DNA of 62,712 nt from Hyalangium minutum (lineage in GTDB: Bacteria > Myxococcota > Myxococcia > Myxococcales > Myxococcaceae). Location: the NCBI RefSeq assembly GCF_000737315.1, contig NZ_JMCB01000033.1:1-62712 (forward strand), read 5' to 3'. The notes beneath the pieces are model-generated. The model saw only the letters and a list, made by a program, of their open reading frames with translations. It did not search any database and was not told where the DNA came from. A program made the translations under genes and the position numbers. The number at the start of each line of letters is the position of its first letter. Within the stretch, counting starts at the first letter, position 1. Positions 50,052 through 59,916 of this stretch are shown one piece after another.

Positions 50052-51683
50052 GTGCTCGCTCTTCACCCGGGCGAGGCCGAACTGCGGGTCCGGTTGACGT
50101 GGCTGTCGATCTTCCGGACCATCGCGACCAGCCTGTTGCTGGCGGTGTTCGCGCTGCGGCTGCTCGCGTCCTCCGGGACGCGAGACTTGTCGCGCGAGGA
50201 CTCGCTGGTCTTCCTGGGGATCGGCCTCGTCTACGTCCTCACGCTCATCTACGGCCTGTGGCTCCGCAAGGGGCGCGTGGGCCGCACCGCCGCCGTGGTG
50301 CAGGTGGCGGGAGACATCCTCATCGCCTCGGGCCTCGTGTCCGTGACGGGTGGGGGAGACTCTCCCGTCTCCTTCACCTACTCGCTGGCGGTCATCGCGG
50401 CGTCCATCCTCCTGTCGCAGCGCGGCGCCTTCGTGACGGCGGCGGCCTGCTCGGGGGCGTATGGGGCCATTGTCGGCCAGCACCTGCTGGAGCTGGGCAA
50501 CCACGCTCCCACGGCGATGGTGGTGCGCCTGGGCTTCACGTTCGCCAGCAATGTGCTGGCGTACTTCCTCATCGCCGCGCTGGCGGGCTACCTCAGCCGG
50601 CAGCTGCTGGCGACGGGCGGGCGGCTCTCGGCCAGCCAGGCGGACCTGAAGCGGCTGGCCACGCTCCACGAGCAGATTTTGGACAGCACGCCCTCCGGGC
50701 TCCTCACGTGCGAGGCGGATGGGAGCATCACCTTCATCAACCGCGCGGCGCTCAGCATCCTGGGCATGGAGGGTACGGCCGTGCAGTCCCGGCTGGTGCA
50801 GGAGTTGCTGCCCGGGCTGCCGGAGATGGAGCGGGTGCCTCGTTCCGAGCTGAAGGTGGACACGCCTCGGGGGCATCGCATCTTAGGGCTCACGCTGGCG
50901 CCGCTGGAGGGCACCGGCCGCGCCGCGCGCCTCATCGTCTTCCAGGACCTGACGGCGCTGCGGCGCGCCGAGGATGAGCTGCGGCGGGCGGACCGGCTCG
51001 CGGCGCTGGGGACCCTGGCGGCGCAGTTGGCGCACGAGATTCGCAACCCCCTGGCGGCCATGCGGGGCTCGGCGCAGATGCTGGCGCAGGATGGGGCGGG
51101 AGATCCGGGCTCGCAGCGGCTGACGAACATCCTGCTGCGCGAGTCGGATCGGCTGTCCCGGCTGGTGGAGGAGTTCCTGCGTTTTGCTCGCCCGCCCAAG
51201 CCGCAGCTGCGGCCGGTGGGGCTGGAGCTGCTGGTGCGGCAGCTGATGGAGATGTTGCAGGTGGATCCCCTGAGCCGCGGGGTGGAGCTGGATCTGGACC
51301 TGCAGCCGGTGGCGGCGGCGGTGGACCCGGATCAGGTCCGCCAGGTGCTGCTCAACCTGCTGCGCAACGCCTTCGAGGCGGTGGACTCGAAGGGGAAGGT
51401 GCGGCTGTCCCTGTCGGCCGAGGGGAACATGGCGCGGCTGAGCGTGTGGGACTCGGCCGGCTCCATCCCGGAGTCGAACCTGGGGCGAATCTTCGAGCCT
51501 TTTTTCACCACGCGAAGTGGAGGCACGGGGCTGGGGCTGGCTACGGCATACTCTATCGTGCGGGCGCACGAGGGACGGATGCAGGTGACCTCCTCGCCCG
51601 AGGCGGGGACGGAGTTCGTGGTGGAGCTGCCGCTGGCGGTAGCCTCCGAGGAGGTGCAGGGTGCACGTGCTAGTGGTGGATGA
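50052..51683 (+). CDS. pilS: two-component sensor histidine kinase
   Basis: TM sensor, PAS-like segment, LAHEIRNPL, LNLLRNA, FFTTRSGGTGLGL. Lies between pilC and pilR. Confidence 0.9.
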   Translation: MLALHPGEAELRVRLTWLSIFRTIATSLLLAVFALRLLASSGTRDLSREDSLVFLGIGLVYVLTLIYGLWLRKGRVGRTAAVVQVAGDILIASGLVSVTGGGDSPVSFTYSLAVIAASILLSQRGAFVTAAACSGAYGAIVGQHLLELGNHAPTAMVVRLGFTFASNVLAYFLIAALAGYLSRQLLATGGRLSASQADLKRLATLHEQILDSTPSGLLTCEADGSITFINRAALSILGMEGTAVQSRLVQELLPGLPEMERVPRSELKVDTPRGHRILGLTLAPLEGTGRAARLIVFQDLTALRRAEDELRRADRLAALGTLAAQLAHEIRNPLAAMRGSAQMLAQDGAGDPGSQRLTNILLRESDRLSRLVEEFLRFARPPKPQLRPVGLELLVRQLMEMLQVDPLSRGVELDLDLQPVAAAVDPDQVRQVLLNLLRNAFEAVDSKGKVRLSLSAEGNMARLSVWDSAGSIPESNLGRIFEPFFTTRSGGTGLGLATAYSIVRAHEGRMQVTSSPEAGTEFVVELPLAVASEEVQGARASGG

Positions 51684-53055
51684 CGAGCTGTCGATGCGCG
51701 AGTACCTCGAGATGCTGCTGTCTCGAGGGGGCTACCGCGTGAGTGTCGCTGGGAGCGAGAAGGCCGCTGTCGATGCGTTGAGCGCGGGCGGGGTGGACGT
51801 CGTCATCTCGGACATGAAGCTGGGCGGGGGCAGCGGGTTGAACGTGCTGAAGGCGGCGCGCTCCCAGTCGGCGCCGCCCGAGGTCATCCTCATCACCGCG
51901 TTTGGGACGCCAGCCGCGGCCGTGGAAGCGATGCGGGCGGGGGCGTACGATTACATCTGCAAGCCCTTCGACAACGAAGAGCTGAAGCTGCTGGTGCAGA
52001 AGGCGCTGGAGAAGCGCGGGCTGCGCGAGGAGAACCGGCACCTGCGCCGTTCGCTGAGCGGCATGCGCGGGCTGTGGGTGGGCGAGAGCCCGGCGATGCA
52101 GGAGGTCTGGGGGCTGGTGGAGAAGGTGGCGCCCAGCCGCACCACGGTGCTCATTACCGGCGAGAGCGGCACGGGCAAGGAACTGGTGGCCCGCGCGCTC
52201 CACCTGCGGAGCACCCGGGCGGGGGCGCCGTTCCTGCCGGTGAACTGCGCGGCGATCAACGAGGGCGTGCTGGAGAGCGAGCTGTTTGGCCACATAAAGG
52301 GTGCGTTCACGGGAGCGCAGACGGATCGCTCGGGCATCCTGGTGTCTGCGGGAGAGGGGACGGTATTCCTGGACGAAATCGGCGAGGTGCCGATGTCCAC
52401 GCAGGTGAAGCTGCTGCGCGTGCTCCAGGAGCGGCGGGTGAAGCCGGTGGGCAGCTCCACGGAGGTGCCGTTCAACGCGCGCGTGGTGGCGGCCACCAAC
52501 AAGCGGCTGGAGGTGGAGGTGAAGGCGGGCCGCTTCCGCGAGGACTTGCTCTACCGGCTCAACGTCATCACGGTGGATCTGCCGCCGCTGCGCGACCGCA
52601 CGGGGGACATTCCGCTGCTGGCGCGCCACTTCCTGATGCAGATGCGCGAGGAACTGGGCAAGCCGAACCTGGACTTCTCCCGGGAGGCGATCGAGGTGCT
52701 CGAGCGCTACTCGTTCCCGGGCAACGTGCGGCAGCTGCAGAACATCGTGGAGCGCGCGGCGACGCTGGCGGATGTGGACGTGCTGGGGCCGGACACGCTG
52801 CCCTCCGCGCTGCGCGGTGAGCGGGAGTCGGAGCAGCAGGCAGCGGGTACGGTGGAACTGCCGACAGGTTTCTCGCTGGAGCGGTACCTCGACGATGCCG
52901 AGCGGCGGTATCTGCTGGCGGCGCTGCAGCGAGCCGGAGGCGTGAAGACGCGCGCGGCGGATCTGCTGGGGCTGAGCTTCCGCTCCTTCCGGTACCGGGC
53001 GGCCAAGCACGGCCTGGGGGACCGCGAGGACGGCGGCGACACCGGGCAGGCGTAG
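51661..53055 (+). CDS. pilR: sigma54-dependent response regulator
   Basis: REC domain, GESGTGKE, ESELFGHIKGAFTGA, FLDEIGE, FREDLLYRLNV, FPGNVRQL, C-terminal HTH. Confidence 0.93.
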   Translation: MHVLVVDDELSMREYLEMLLSRGGYRVSVAGSEKAAVDALSAGGVDVVISDMKLGGGSGLNVLKAARSQSAPPEVILITAFGTPAAAVEAMRAGAYDYICKPFDNEELKLLVQKALEKRGLREENRHLRRSLSGMRGLWVGESPAMQEVWGLVEKVAPSRTTVLITGESGTGKELVARALHLRSTRAGAPFLPVNCAAINEGVLESELFGHIKGAFTGAQTDRSGILVSAGEGTVFLDEIGEVPMSTQVKLLRVLQERRVKPVGSSTEVPFNARVVAATNKRLEVEVKAGRFREDLLYRLNVITVDLPPLRDRTGDIPLLARHFLMQMREELGKPNLDFSREAIEVLERYSFPGNVRQLQNIVERAATLADVDVLGPDTLPSALRGERESEQQAAGTVELPTGFSLERYLDDAERRYLLAALQRAGGVKTRAADLLGLSFRSFRYRAAKHGLGDREDGGDTGQA

Positions 53056-53067
53056 GGACGGTATCGC

Positions 53068-54816
53068 CTACGGGGCGAGCACCTTGCGCAGCCAGGCCTC
53101 CAGGGTGATGAGGAGCCAGATCTTCACCCCATGGCGCGGGCGCAGGCCGCCCAGCTTGCCGGAGAGCAGCCGCTCCAGCCACGCGCGGTCGAACAGCTCC
53201 CACCGTGGGAGCCCGTCCAGCAGCCGTTGGCGTGCCTGCGGCAGCAGCGGGCCCTGGAACCAGCCCTCGACGGGCACGAGCATGCCGCTCTTGGGCCGCT
53301 CGATGATGTCGCGCGGCAGGAGGTCCTCCACGGCGCGCTTGAGCAGGTACTTCTCCACCGAACCCTTGAGCTTGATCTGCGGTGGCGCGCGAAAGGCCAC
53401 CTCCGCCACGCGCTCGTCGAACAACGGTGCCCGAGGGAGCATGCCGAACGGGGCGCTGACCTCGTCCACCTTGTGCAGAATGTGGTGGGCGCCCTTGAGG
53501 ATCAGGTTGAGCGCCATCAGCTTGCCTACGAAGGTCTTCCAGCGGGGATCGGTGAAGAGGGGGACCAGCGAGGCCTCGATGGGCTGGGCCGCGAGCGCCT
53601 CCTTCATCTTCCGCGAGAGCGCCAGGTCGAAGTCATCGAAGCACTTGAGGTGGGCTCGCAGGTAGCTCCGCTCTCGCGCGAGCGACGCGTCTTCGGCTCC
53701 CGCGACGTCTCCGTACAACTCCGCCAGCAGCATCGGCAGGTTCTTCGGCCCTCCGAAGCAGGGATCGCCGCCCTCGCCGTTGAGCACCACGCCCACCTCC
53801 GCGCTCGCCTCGCGGAAGAGCAGTGCGTTGGGCACGGTCAACGGGTCTCCAATGGGATCCGAGTGCAGCGCGATCGTCTCGTCCAGGTGGTGGACGATGA
53901 CCTGAGGAGACAGCTCCACGATGCGGTGGGTGGTGCGGCAATGGTCGGCAACGAGGGTGCTGAATGGCAGCTCGTTTCGGTACTCGGGGCCGAACGAGAC
54001 CGACCAGGTGATGACCTCCTGGTCATGCAGCCGCTTCGCCAGCGCGACCACGAGACTGGAGTCCAGCCCTCCCGAGAGGAATGCGCCCACCTTCTCGCCC
54101 GAGGGCAGCCTGCGATGGACGGCTCCCTCCAACTCCACCCGCAGCTGCTGGCGCAGGGCCTCCTCGCTTTCCGGAGGAAGGGGAGCGCTCGCGTCCACCT
54201 CTTCCGGCACGGACCAGAATGACTCGCGGCGGGGAGCGCCTCCTCCAAGCGGCAGGTGCACTACCTCGCCCGGCAAGACCTCCAGGACGCCTTCCACGAG
54301 GGTCTCTTCGCCGGGGAGATACGCATAGCTGAGGTACGTCGCGACGCCGCGCAGATGGAGCCGACGTGGGACGAGGCCACTGGCCAGCAGCGCATGGATC
54401 GTCGAGGCGAAGATCCATCCCTGGGGCACCTTCGAGTAGTAGAGCGTCCGCTCGCCGATGGCGTCCCGCGAGAGCCGGAGCTCGCCGTCGGACACCCACG
54501 CGAGCGCAAACGCCCCGTTCACCTCGGACAGGCGGCCTGCCGCCACGAGAGCCCTCCACTGAGAGAGTTCCTCGAGGCGCTTGCCGTCCAGCCAGCACGC
54601 GTCCCAGTCCGCGACGAGCGCTGAGCCCTGCGCCGGGGAGAGCACCTGGGCTCCAGGCCCCAGGGAGCGCACCATGGCCTCCGAGGCGCTTCGGGCTTGC
54701 TCGGGAGACACGGCGGTGGAGACGAGGCCACCCACGCGCCCGGTAGGGCGGCGGCGGGTCACTCCCGTTCCGAACGGTGGTCCCGGCTTGGGCTTGAGCA
54801 ACAGCGGTTCTGGCAT
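53068..54816 (-). CDS. asparagine-synthetase-like ATP-dependent amide ligase, copy 2 (glutaminase domain degenerate)
   Basis: RDAIGERTLYY, FASTIHAL, AFLSGGLDSS, LNGEGGD, RAPLFD, KYLLK, RPKSGM. No N-terminal Cys and no NGEIYN. Confidence 0.85.
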   Translation of the reverse strand: MPEPLLLKPKPGPPFGTGVTRRRPTGRVGGLVSTAVSPEQARSASEAMVRSLGPGAQVLSPAQGSALVADWDACWLDGKRLEELSQWRALVAAGRLSEVNGAFALAWVSDGELRLSRDAIGERTLYYSKVPQGWIFASTIHALLASGLVPRRLHLRGVATYLSYAYLPGEETLVEGVLEVLPGEVVHLPLGGGAPRRESFWSVPEEVDASAPLPPESEEALRQQLRVELEGAVHRRLPSGEKVGAFLSGGLDSSLVVALAKRLHDQEVITWSVSFGPEYRNELPFSTLVADHCRTTHRIVELSPQVIVHHLDETIALHSDPIGDPLTVPNALLFREASAEVGVVLNGEGGDPCFGGPKNLPMLLAELYGDVAGAEDASLARERSYLRAHLKCFDDFDLALSRKMKEALAAQPIEASLVPLFTDPRWKTFVGKLMALNLILKGAHHILHKVDEVSAPFGMLPRAPLFDERVAEVAFRAPPQIKLKGSVEKYLLKRAVEDLLPRDIIERPKSGMLVPVEGWFQGPLLPQARQRLLDGLPRWELFDRAWLERLLSGKLGGLRPRHGVKIWLLITLEAWLRKVLAP

Positions 54817-54818
54817 GA

Positions 54819-56075
54819 CTACCCGAAGCTATCCGCGCCACCGTCCGAGACGTCGGCATCCGAGGAGAAGGAGTCGGTATCCACCTCCCAGGTGGAATCT
54901 CCGCCTCCGCCTCCGCCATCCCCGCCACCGCTGCTGCTCTGGTCAGCGGCCTGCTTCTTCTGCCGTGCCAACTCCTGGCCGTCTTGTCGGCCCGCCATGG
55001 CGGCTGCGGGCAATAGCACGGCGGCTCCCGCGGCGACTCCCGCGGCGCTCCCGGCAACACGGCCCGTCGCGCCGCGGCCTCCAAGCAAGGGCGTGGCAGC
55101 CCGGGCAGCCTGCTGGCTCTGGCTCATGGCGCGGAACAGCCGCTTCACGATCTGCTCGGGACGGATGACCGCCAGCTCCAGCCTGTGCTGGGACAGCCAC
55201 TTGGCTTCATCGGGAGAGATGCCACCGCCCGAAGGGACCTCCTGTGCACTCTTCTCGAACAGCTTGTGGAACGGCGAGGCGTGAACAGGCCTCAGCCCCA
55301 CGTCGACGATCCGGATCCCCAGGCCCTTGAACCACGCGGGATCGTTCGCGAGCCGGTGGGCCATTCGGCACCCCTCGGGGGTGATGTCATGGAGCGTGTA
55401 CACCTCGAGCCGCGGGTTGCGCCGGAGCATTCGCCGCACGGTCTCGAAGGCCTGCTGCGGGTAGCCACCCATCGACAGCACCGCGCAGTTGTTCTCGAAG
55501 TGGAAGTTGTTGGCCAACAGCAGGTCCACCGTGCGCGCGCGATCACAGATGACGGCCCGATCGAACGAATAGTCACCGATGTCCGGATCCGGCGCCCGGG
55601 CGGGCTTGTCGTCCTGGGGCTTGCGCGCAATCACGCCCTTGGGCTTGCCGTGGACCGAACCCCAGAGATCCCACATCCGCTCGAAGTCGCCCCGGGGGAG
55701 CACCTTCGTCCCCATATTCGCGGCAATCATGTACAGCAGCAGGAGGAGGGCTGGGATGTAGACGATGAGGACGGCGGGCGCCGCCCGGCCCACCACGAAG
55801 CCCATGAAGAAGCCGATGAACAAGAGCATCACGAGGAGCGCCACCTTGGCGTTCGCGATCCTCGGCTTGCGGCAGAGCTCGTAATAGAGGTGCTCCACCC
55901 CCCACTTCACCTGGCCCCCCGCCGACACCTTGTCGATGGCCTTCTGGAAGGCCATGTCAGTGAAGGGATCATTCTCGCGAGGCTCGAAGGCGAACCGGCC
56001 TCCGCAGTTGGGACACGTATGGGTGTCCTTGCGCTCGGGGTACTTCGAGTCGTGCTGGCAGCGGATGCAGATCAC
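54819..56075 (-). CDS. hypothetical membrane protein: CxxC...CxxC Zn ribbon, two TM helices, TOPRIM-like domain, acidic Gly/Ser/Asp tail
   Basis: CIRC...CPNC, two hydrophobic helices, AVICD...GGYP...LHDITPEG, tail SSSGGGDGGGGGGDSTWEVDTDSFSSDADVSDGGADSFG. GTG start after GGAGGT. Confidence 0.7.
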   Translation of the reverse strand: MICIRCQHDSKYPERKDTHTCPNCGGRFAFEPRENDPFTDMAFQKAIDKVSAGGQVKWGVEHLYYELCRKPRIANAKVALLVMLLFIGFFMGFVVGRAAPAVLIVYIPALLLLLYMIAANMGTKVLPRGDFERMWDLWGSVHGKPKGVIARKPQDDKPARAPDPDIGDYSFDRAVICDRARTVDLLLANNFHFENNCAVLSMGGYPQQAFETVRRMLRRNPRLEVYTLHDITPEGCRMAHRLANDPAWFKGLGIRIVDVGLRPVHASPFHKLFEKSAQEVPSGGGISPDEAKWLSQHRLELAVIRPEQIVKRLFRAMSQSQQAARAATPLLGGRGATGRVAGSAAGVAAGAAVLLPAAAMAGRQDGQELARQKKQAADQSSSGGGDGGGGGGDSTWEVDTDSFSSDADVSDGGADSFG

Positions 56076-57826
56076 GCCGCACCTCCCGGCCGGCGGCCCC
56101 GGCCATCCACGAACACCCTCATCCACGCCTCCAGCATCGCGAGCGCCCACAGCTTCTCGCCGATGCGCCGACGCCGCGTCTCATCCGCTTGGTCCTGTCC
56201 CTTGCGCAGCCGCGCGATGTAGTCCTCGCGGAACATGCCGCGCTTGCGCACCGCCGTGGCTCCGAGCAGCTCCTCCATGAGTGGCGCGAGCGGCCCGAGC
56301 ACCCAGTCCGTGGCGGGCACGCTCATGCCGAACTTCCGCCGCCAGACGATGTCGTCCGGGAGCTTGTCCTGCAGCGCCAGCTTGAGGACGTACTTCTCGC
56401 AGGCCCCGTGGAGCTTGAGCCGAGGGGGCAGGGCGAACGAGGCCATGGCCAGCTCGCGGTCGAACAGCGGCACCCGCATGTCGAGCGCCCAGGCGTTGGC
56501 GATCCGCTCGGCGCGCGGGAGGATGTTCTGCGAGCCCTTGAGCGCGATGTCCGCCAGGCGCACTCGGTTCAGGAAGTGGGGAATCTCCGGGCTGCCCAGG
56601 TAGGGCCGCAGCAGTGCGCGCCGCTGGCCGGGCCCGCCGATCTGGGCACGGAACTCGGGGGTGTAGAGCGCGTCCTCCAGCCCGTAGAAGCGGTGGTACG
56701 AACGCAGGTAGATCTCCTCGGGCTCCTCGGGTGAGTCCTCGTACAGGCCACCGTAGACCTCGGCGGCCACCATGGGCTTCGAGGTCCACCCGCCGAAGAG
56801 CTGGTCGCCGCCCTCGCCATTGAAGACAGCCGAGAAGCCGGCCTGCCGCGCCGCCCGGCCCAGCAAGAACTGCGGCCCCGTCACTGCATCGCCGAACGGC
56901 AGGTCCAGCTTCCAGACGAGATCCATCAGCGCCGCGCCTACGTCCTCGCCCGAGGACTTCACCCAGGTGAGCGGCAGCTCCAGCATCTTGGCAACCTGCT
57001 CTGCTTGCTCGCGCTCCACGCTGCGCTCGCCGAAGTCGAGGCTGAAGGCCTGGACCTTGACGCCTGCCTCCTTGAGCCAGACCGCCACGCCCGAGGAGTC
57101 GATGCCGCCCGAGAGATAGAGGGCCACCTCGGGCTCACCGTTGAGCCGCTTCTGCACGGCCTTCTTGCAGAGCGCCCGCACCCGCCGTACCGCGGTGGCC
57201 TGATCCTCGAGCGCGGGATCGATCTGCTCGCGCAGGGTGAAGTAGGGCGTGACGGAGAGCTGGCCACCCTCGAAGACGCCGACGTGGCCGGGCAGCAGGC
57301 GCTTCACGCCGCGCAAGGGCACATCCGCGCCGGGAACGAAGGAGAAGGTGAGGTACTTGTGGAGCGCGGAGGGCTCCAGCACGGCCTCGAAGCCCGGGAT
57401 GGCGAGGAGCTGCTTCAGCTCGCTCGCGAAGTAGAGCACGCCGCCTTGCACTGCGTAGTAGAGCGAGCGGACGCCAAAAGGGTCGCGTGCCAGCGTCAGC
57501 CGCCGACGCTCTCCGTCCCACCACGCGCAGGCGAAGGCTCCATCCAGGTCATCGAGCGCGGAGCCGCCGCCGGAGAGCCGCTTCAGGAGGGTCTCGGCGG
57601 GCGAATCCGAGGGTGGGGTCAGCGTCCCAGCGCAAGCGACGAGGTGGGCCCCCTGTCGGAGGATCGAGGCGGACTTCCCTGGGCGGCCGCCCCACCACCG
57701 GTAGCCGAGTCCCACGCCGGGCGCGTGCGCGGTATCGGTCCGGTCGCCGCGGTAGTCGATCGCCCCGAGCATCGCCGTGAGGAGCTCGGGGGAGGCATCG
57801 CCGACATAGCCACAGATTCCGCTCAT
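56072..57826 (-). CDS. asparagine-synthetase-like ATP-dependent amide ligase, copy 1 (Cys1 replaced by Ser)
   Basis: MSGICG, RDPFGVRSLYY, FASELKQL, LYLSGGIDSS, FNGEGGDQLFGG, RVPLFD, KYVLK, RRKFGM. Confidence 0.85.
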   Translation of the reverse strand: MSGICGYVGDASPELLTAMLGAIDYRGDRTDTAHAPGVGLGYRWWGGRPGKSASILRQGAHLVACAGTLTPPSDSPAETLLKRLSGGGSALDDLDGAFACAWWDGERRRLTLARDPFGVRSLYYAVQGGVLYFASELKQLLAIPGFEAVLEPSALHKYLTFSFVPGADVPLRGVKRLLPGHVGVFEGGQLSVTPYFTLREQIDPALEDQATAVRRVRALCKKAVQKRLNGEPEVALYLSGGIDSSGVAVWLKEAGVKVQAFSLDFGERSVEREQAEQVAKMLELPLTWVKSSGEDVGAALMDLVWKLDLPFGDAVTGPQFLLGRAARQAGFSAVFNGEGGDQLFGGWTSKPMVAAEVYGGLYEDSPEEPEEIYLRSYHRFYGLEDALYTPEFRAQIGGPGQRRALLRPYLGSPEIPHFLNRVRLADIALKGSQNILPRAERIANAWALDMRVPLFDRELAMASFALPPRLKLHGACEKYVLKLALQDKLPDDIVWRRKFGMSVPATDWVLGPLAPLMEELLGATAVRKRGMFREDYIARLRKGQDQADETRRRRIGEKLWALAMLEAWMRVFVDGRGRRPGGAA

Positions 57827-57867
57827 GCGTCCCCCTCGGTAGGGCCTGTTGCGGGGGACGGACAGTA

Positions 57868-59124
57868 TCACCCAGGGCGCTTCTTGTGCGTCCGGGCATG
57901 CCGTCCAGGTGCCTTCCCCGGCTCGTGCTGCGGCACTCCGTGGTCCTTCTGCTGCGGGCCAGGGTCGCGCTGAGAGGACATCAGCCGCTCCCACTCGGCT
58001 TGGAAGACGGGGTCCTCCCGAGGCACGGGGACCCGAGGGATCTTCGCGCGCATGATGTGCTCGATGCGCGCGAGCACCGGGTCATCCTTGTGGGTGGCGA
58101 ACGTGGAGGCGATGCCACTCGCCGAGGCCCGGGCCGTACGTCCGATGCGGTGCACGTAGTCCTCGGGAGCGTGGGGCAGGTCGTAGTTGATGACGTGCCC
58201 TACGTCCTCCACGTCCAGTCCCCGGGCGGCAATGTCGGTGGCCACGAGGCAGCGGTAGGTCCCCTTCCGGAACCCTTCCATCGCCTGCTTGCGCTGGTTC
58301 TGGGTGCGGTCCGCATGCAGCACCGCGCTCCGGTACCCCGCCCGCTGCAGGTGCGTGAGCACCTTGTCCGCGCGCTCCTTGGTCCGGGTGAAGACGAGCG
58401 CCGTGGCCTCGTCGCGCGCGAGCAGCGCGAGCAGCAGGGGCGTCTTCTCCTCGGGCTTGACGCGGTACAGGCGCTGCTCGGCGCGCTCGGCGGGGGTGCC
58501 GCTGCGAGTCACCTCCACGCGGACGGGCGAGCGCAGTTGCTCCCGGGCGAAGCGCGTCACATCCGGGCCCAGCGTGGCGGAGAACAGGAGCGTCTGCCGG
58601 CGCGAGGGGAGTGCAGCGAGGATGCGCTCGATTTGCGGCAGGAAGCCCATGTCGAGCATCCGGTCCGCTTCATCGAGCACCAGGCCCTCCAGCTTCGGGA
58701 ACGCGGCGACTCCAGCCTCGAGGAGGTCCACCAGCCGCCCCGGCGTGGCCAGGACGAACGAGGGCCGCTGTTTCAGCGCCTCCACCTGGGCGGCCATGTC
58801 CTCGCCGCCAATCACCACGGCGTGCGTGAGGCCCCGAGGCTCGGCGAAGAAGCGCACGGGCTCGGCAATCTGCAGCACCAGCTCGCGAGTAGGGGCCAGC
58901 ACCAACCCCAAGATGCCCTTGCGCCCGGCGAAGCGCTCCACGAGGGGCAGCACATAGGCAGCCGTCTTCCCGGTGCCGGTCGCGGCGCAGCCGATGACGT
59001 CCTTGCCGGCCAGGGCGGGCGGAATGGCCCGGCTCTGGATGGGCGTGGGCTGCGCGAAGCGCGCTCGGCGCAAGGCGTCCAAGGCCTCTGGTGAGAGGCC
59101 CAACTGGACAAAGGCGTCACTCAC
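57868..59124 (-). CDS. DEAD-box RNA helicase (RhlE-like)
   Basis: PTPIQ, ATGTGKT, PTRELV, TPGRL, DEADRMLDMGF, SAT, ATDIAARGLD, HRIGRTAR. Confidence 0.95.
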   Translation of the reverse strand: MSDAFVQLGLSPEALDALRRARFAQPTPIQSRAIPPALAGKDVIGCAATGTGKTAAYVLPLVERFAGRKGILGLVLAPTRELVLQIAEPVRFFAEPRGLTHAVVIGGEDMAAQVEALKQRPSFVLATPGRLVDLLEAGVAAFPKLEGLVLDEADRMLDMGFLPQIERILAALPSRRQTLLFSATLGPDVTRFAREQLRSPVRVEVTRSGTPAERAEQRLYRVKPEEKTPLLLALLARDEATALVFTRTKERADKVLTHLQRAGYRSAVLHADRTQNQRKQAMEGFRKGTYRCLVATDIAARGLDVEDVGHVINYDLPHAPEDYVHRIGRTARASASGIASTFATHKDDPVLARIEHIMRAKIPRVPVPREDPVFQAEWERLMSSQRDPGPQQKDHGVPQHEPGKAPGRHARTHKKRPG

Positions 59125-59145
59125 AAGGCCGCCAATCCCGTCCGC

Positions 59146-59916
59146 CTACTTGAAGTCACGGCGCGAGAAGATGAAGGCCGCCAGGGTGATCAGCACCGCC
59201 GAGTACCCTACGGCGTAGAGCATGGACGGCAGCAGCTCCGATACCGGGGTGGGAATCTCGTAGGTGGCCTGCACGCGGTAGTTGAGCCGCGAGAGGTTGG
59301 GCAGCACGTAGTACACCGCCTTGCCCAGCCACCGCAGGAAGGGCTCCTCCGCCTTCTTCGACATCTCGTAGATGTCCCCGCTCAGGTGTCCGGCGAAGTA
59401 CGCGCCAATCGTCACCGTGGCCGACACCATCTGGCTGGAGAAGCTCGACATCACGAAGCCGATGCTGCTGAGGATGAGCAGCTCGAAGAAGAGCATGACG
59501 ATGGCCACGAACTGGGCCTCGGTGAAGAGCGTGCCGTAGAGGGCGATCTGGATGAAGAACAGCACCGCCATGGCCGCCAGCATCACCCCCAGCGTCAGCA
59601 TGTTCCCCGCGAAGCGCGCGATGAGGAACTGCGCCCGCGAGATGGGCTTGGAGACGATGAGGAACAGCGTACGCCGCTCGATCTCCCGGCTCAGCATGCC
59701 GCTGGACAGGAACACGGCCAGCAGCACCAGCACGATGCTCATGATGCCGATGCCCACGTCCGTGAGCACGCGATCGAAGGTGGAGATGCTCAGGTTGGTC
59801 AGCAGCGACGAGGCCACCAGCAGGCCGAACGCGAACGCGCCGACCACGACTGTGACGCGGTTGCGCCGCGCCTCTCGGAAGCCATTGAACGTGAGCGCGA
59901 GGAACGGCCGAATCAT
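59146..59916 (-). CDS. pilI: ABC transporter permease, PilI-like
   Basis: FREARRNR, SREIERRTLFLIVSKPISRAQFLIARF, YYVLPNL, FSRRDFK. Coupled to the ATPase gene. Confidence 0.8.
   Translation of the reverse strand: MIRPFLALTFNGFREARRNRVTVVVGAFAFGLLVASSLLTNLSISTFDRVLTDVGIGIMSIVLVLLAVFLSSGMLSREIERRTLFLIVSKPISRAQFLIARFAGNMLTLGVMLAAMAVLFFIQIALYGTLFTEAQFVAIVMLFFELLILSSIGFVMSSFSSQMVSATVTIGAYFAGHLSGDIYEMSKKAEEPFLRWLGKAVYYVLPNLSRLNYRVQATYEIPTPVSELLPSMLYAVGYSAVLITLAAFIFSRRDFK

Noticed and set aside
53068-57826. Canonical lasso peptide cluster or ordinary asnB
   Set aside because: No short precursor, RRE or B2 protease is visible; the glutaminase residues needed for true AsnB are missing.
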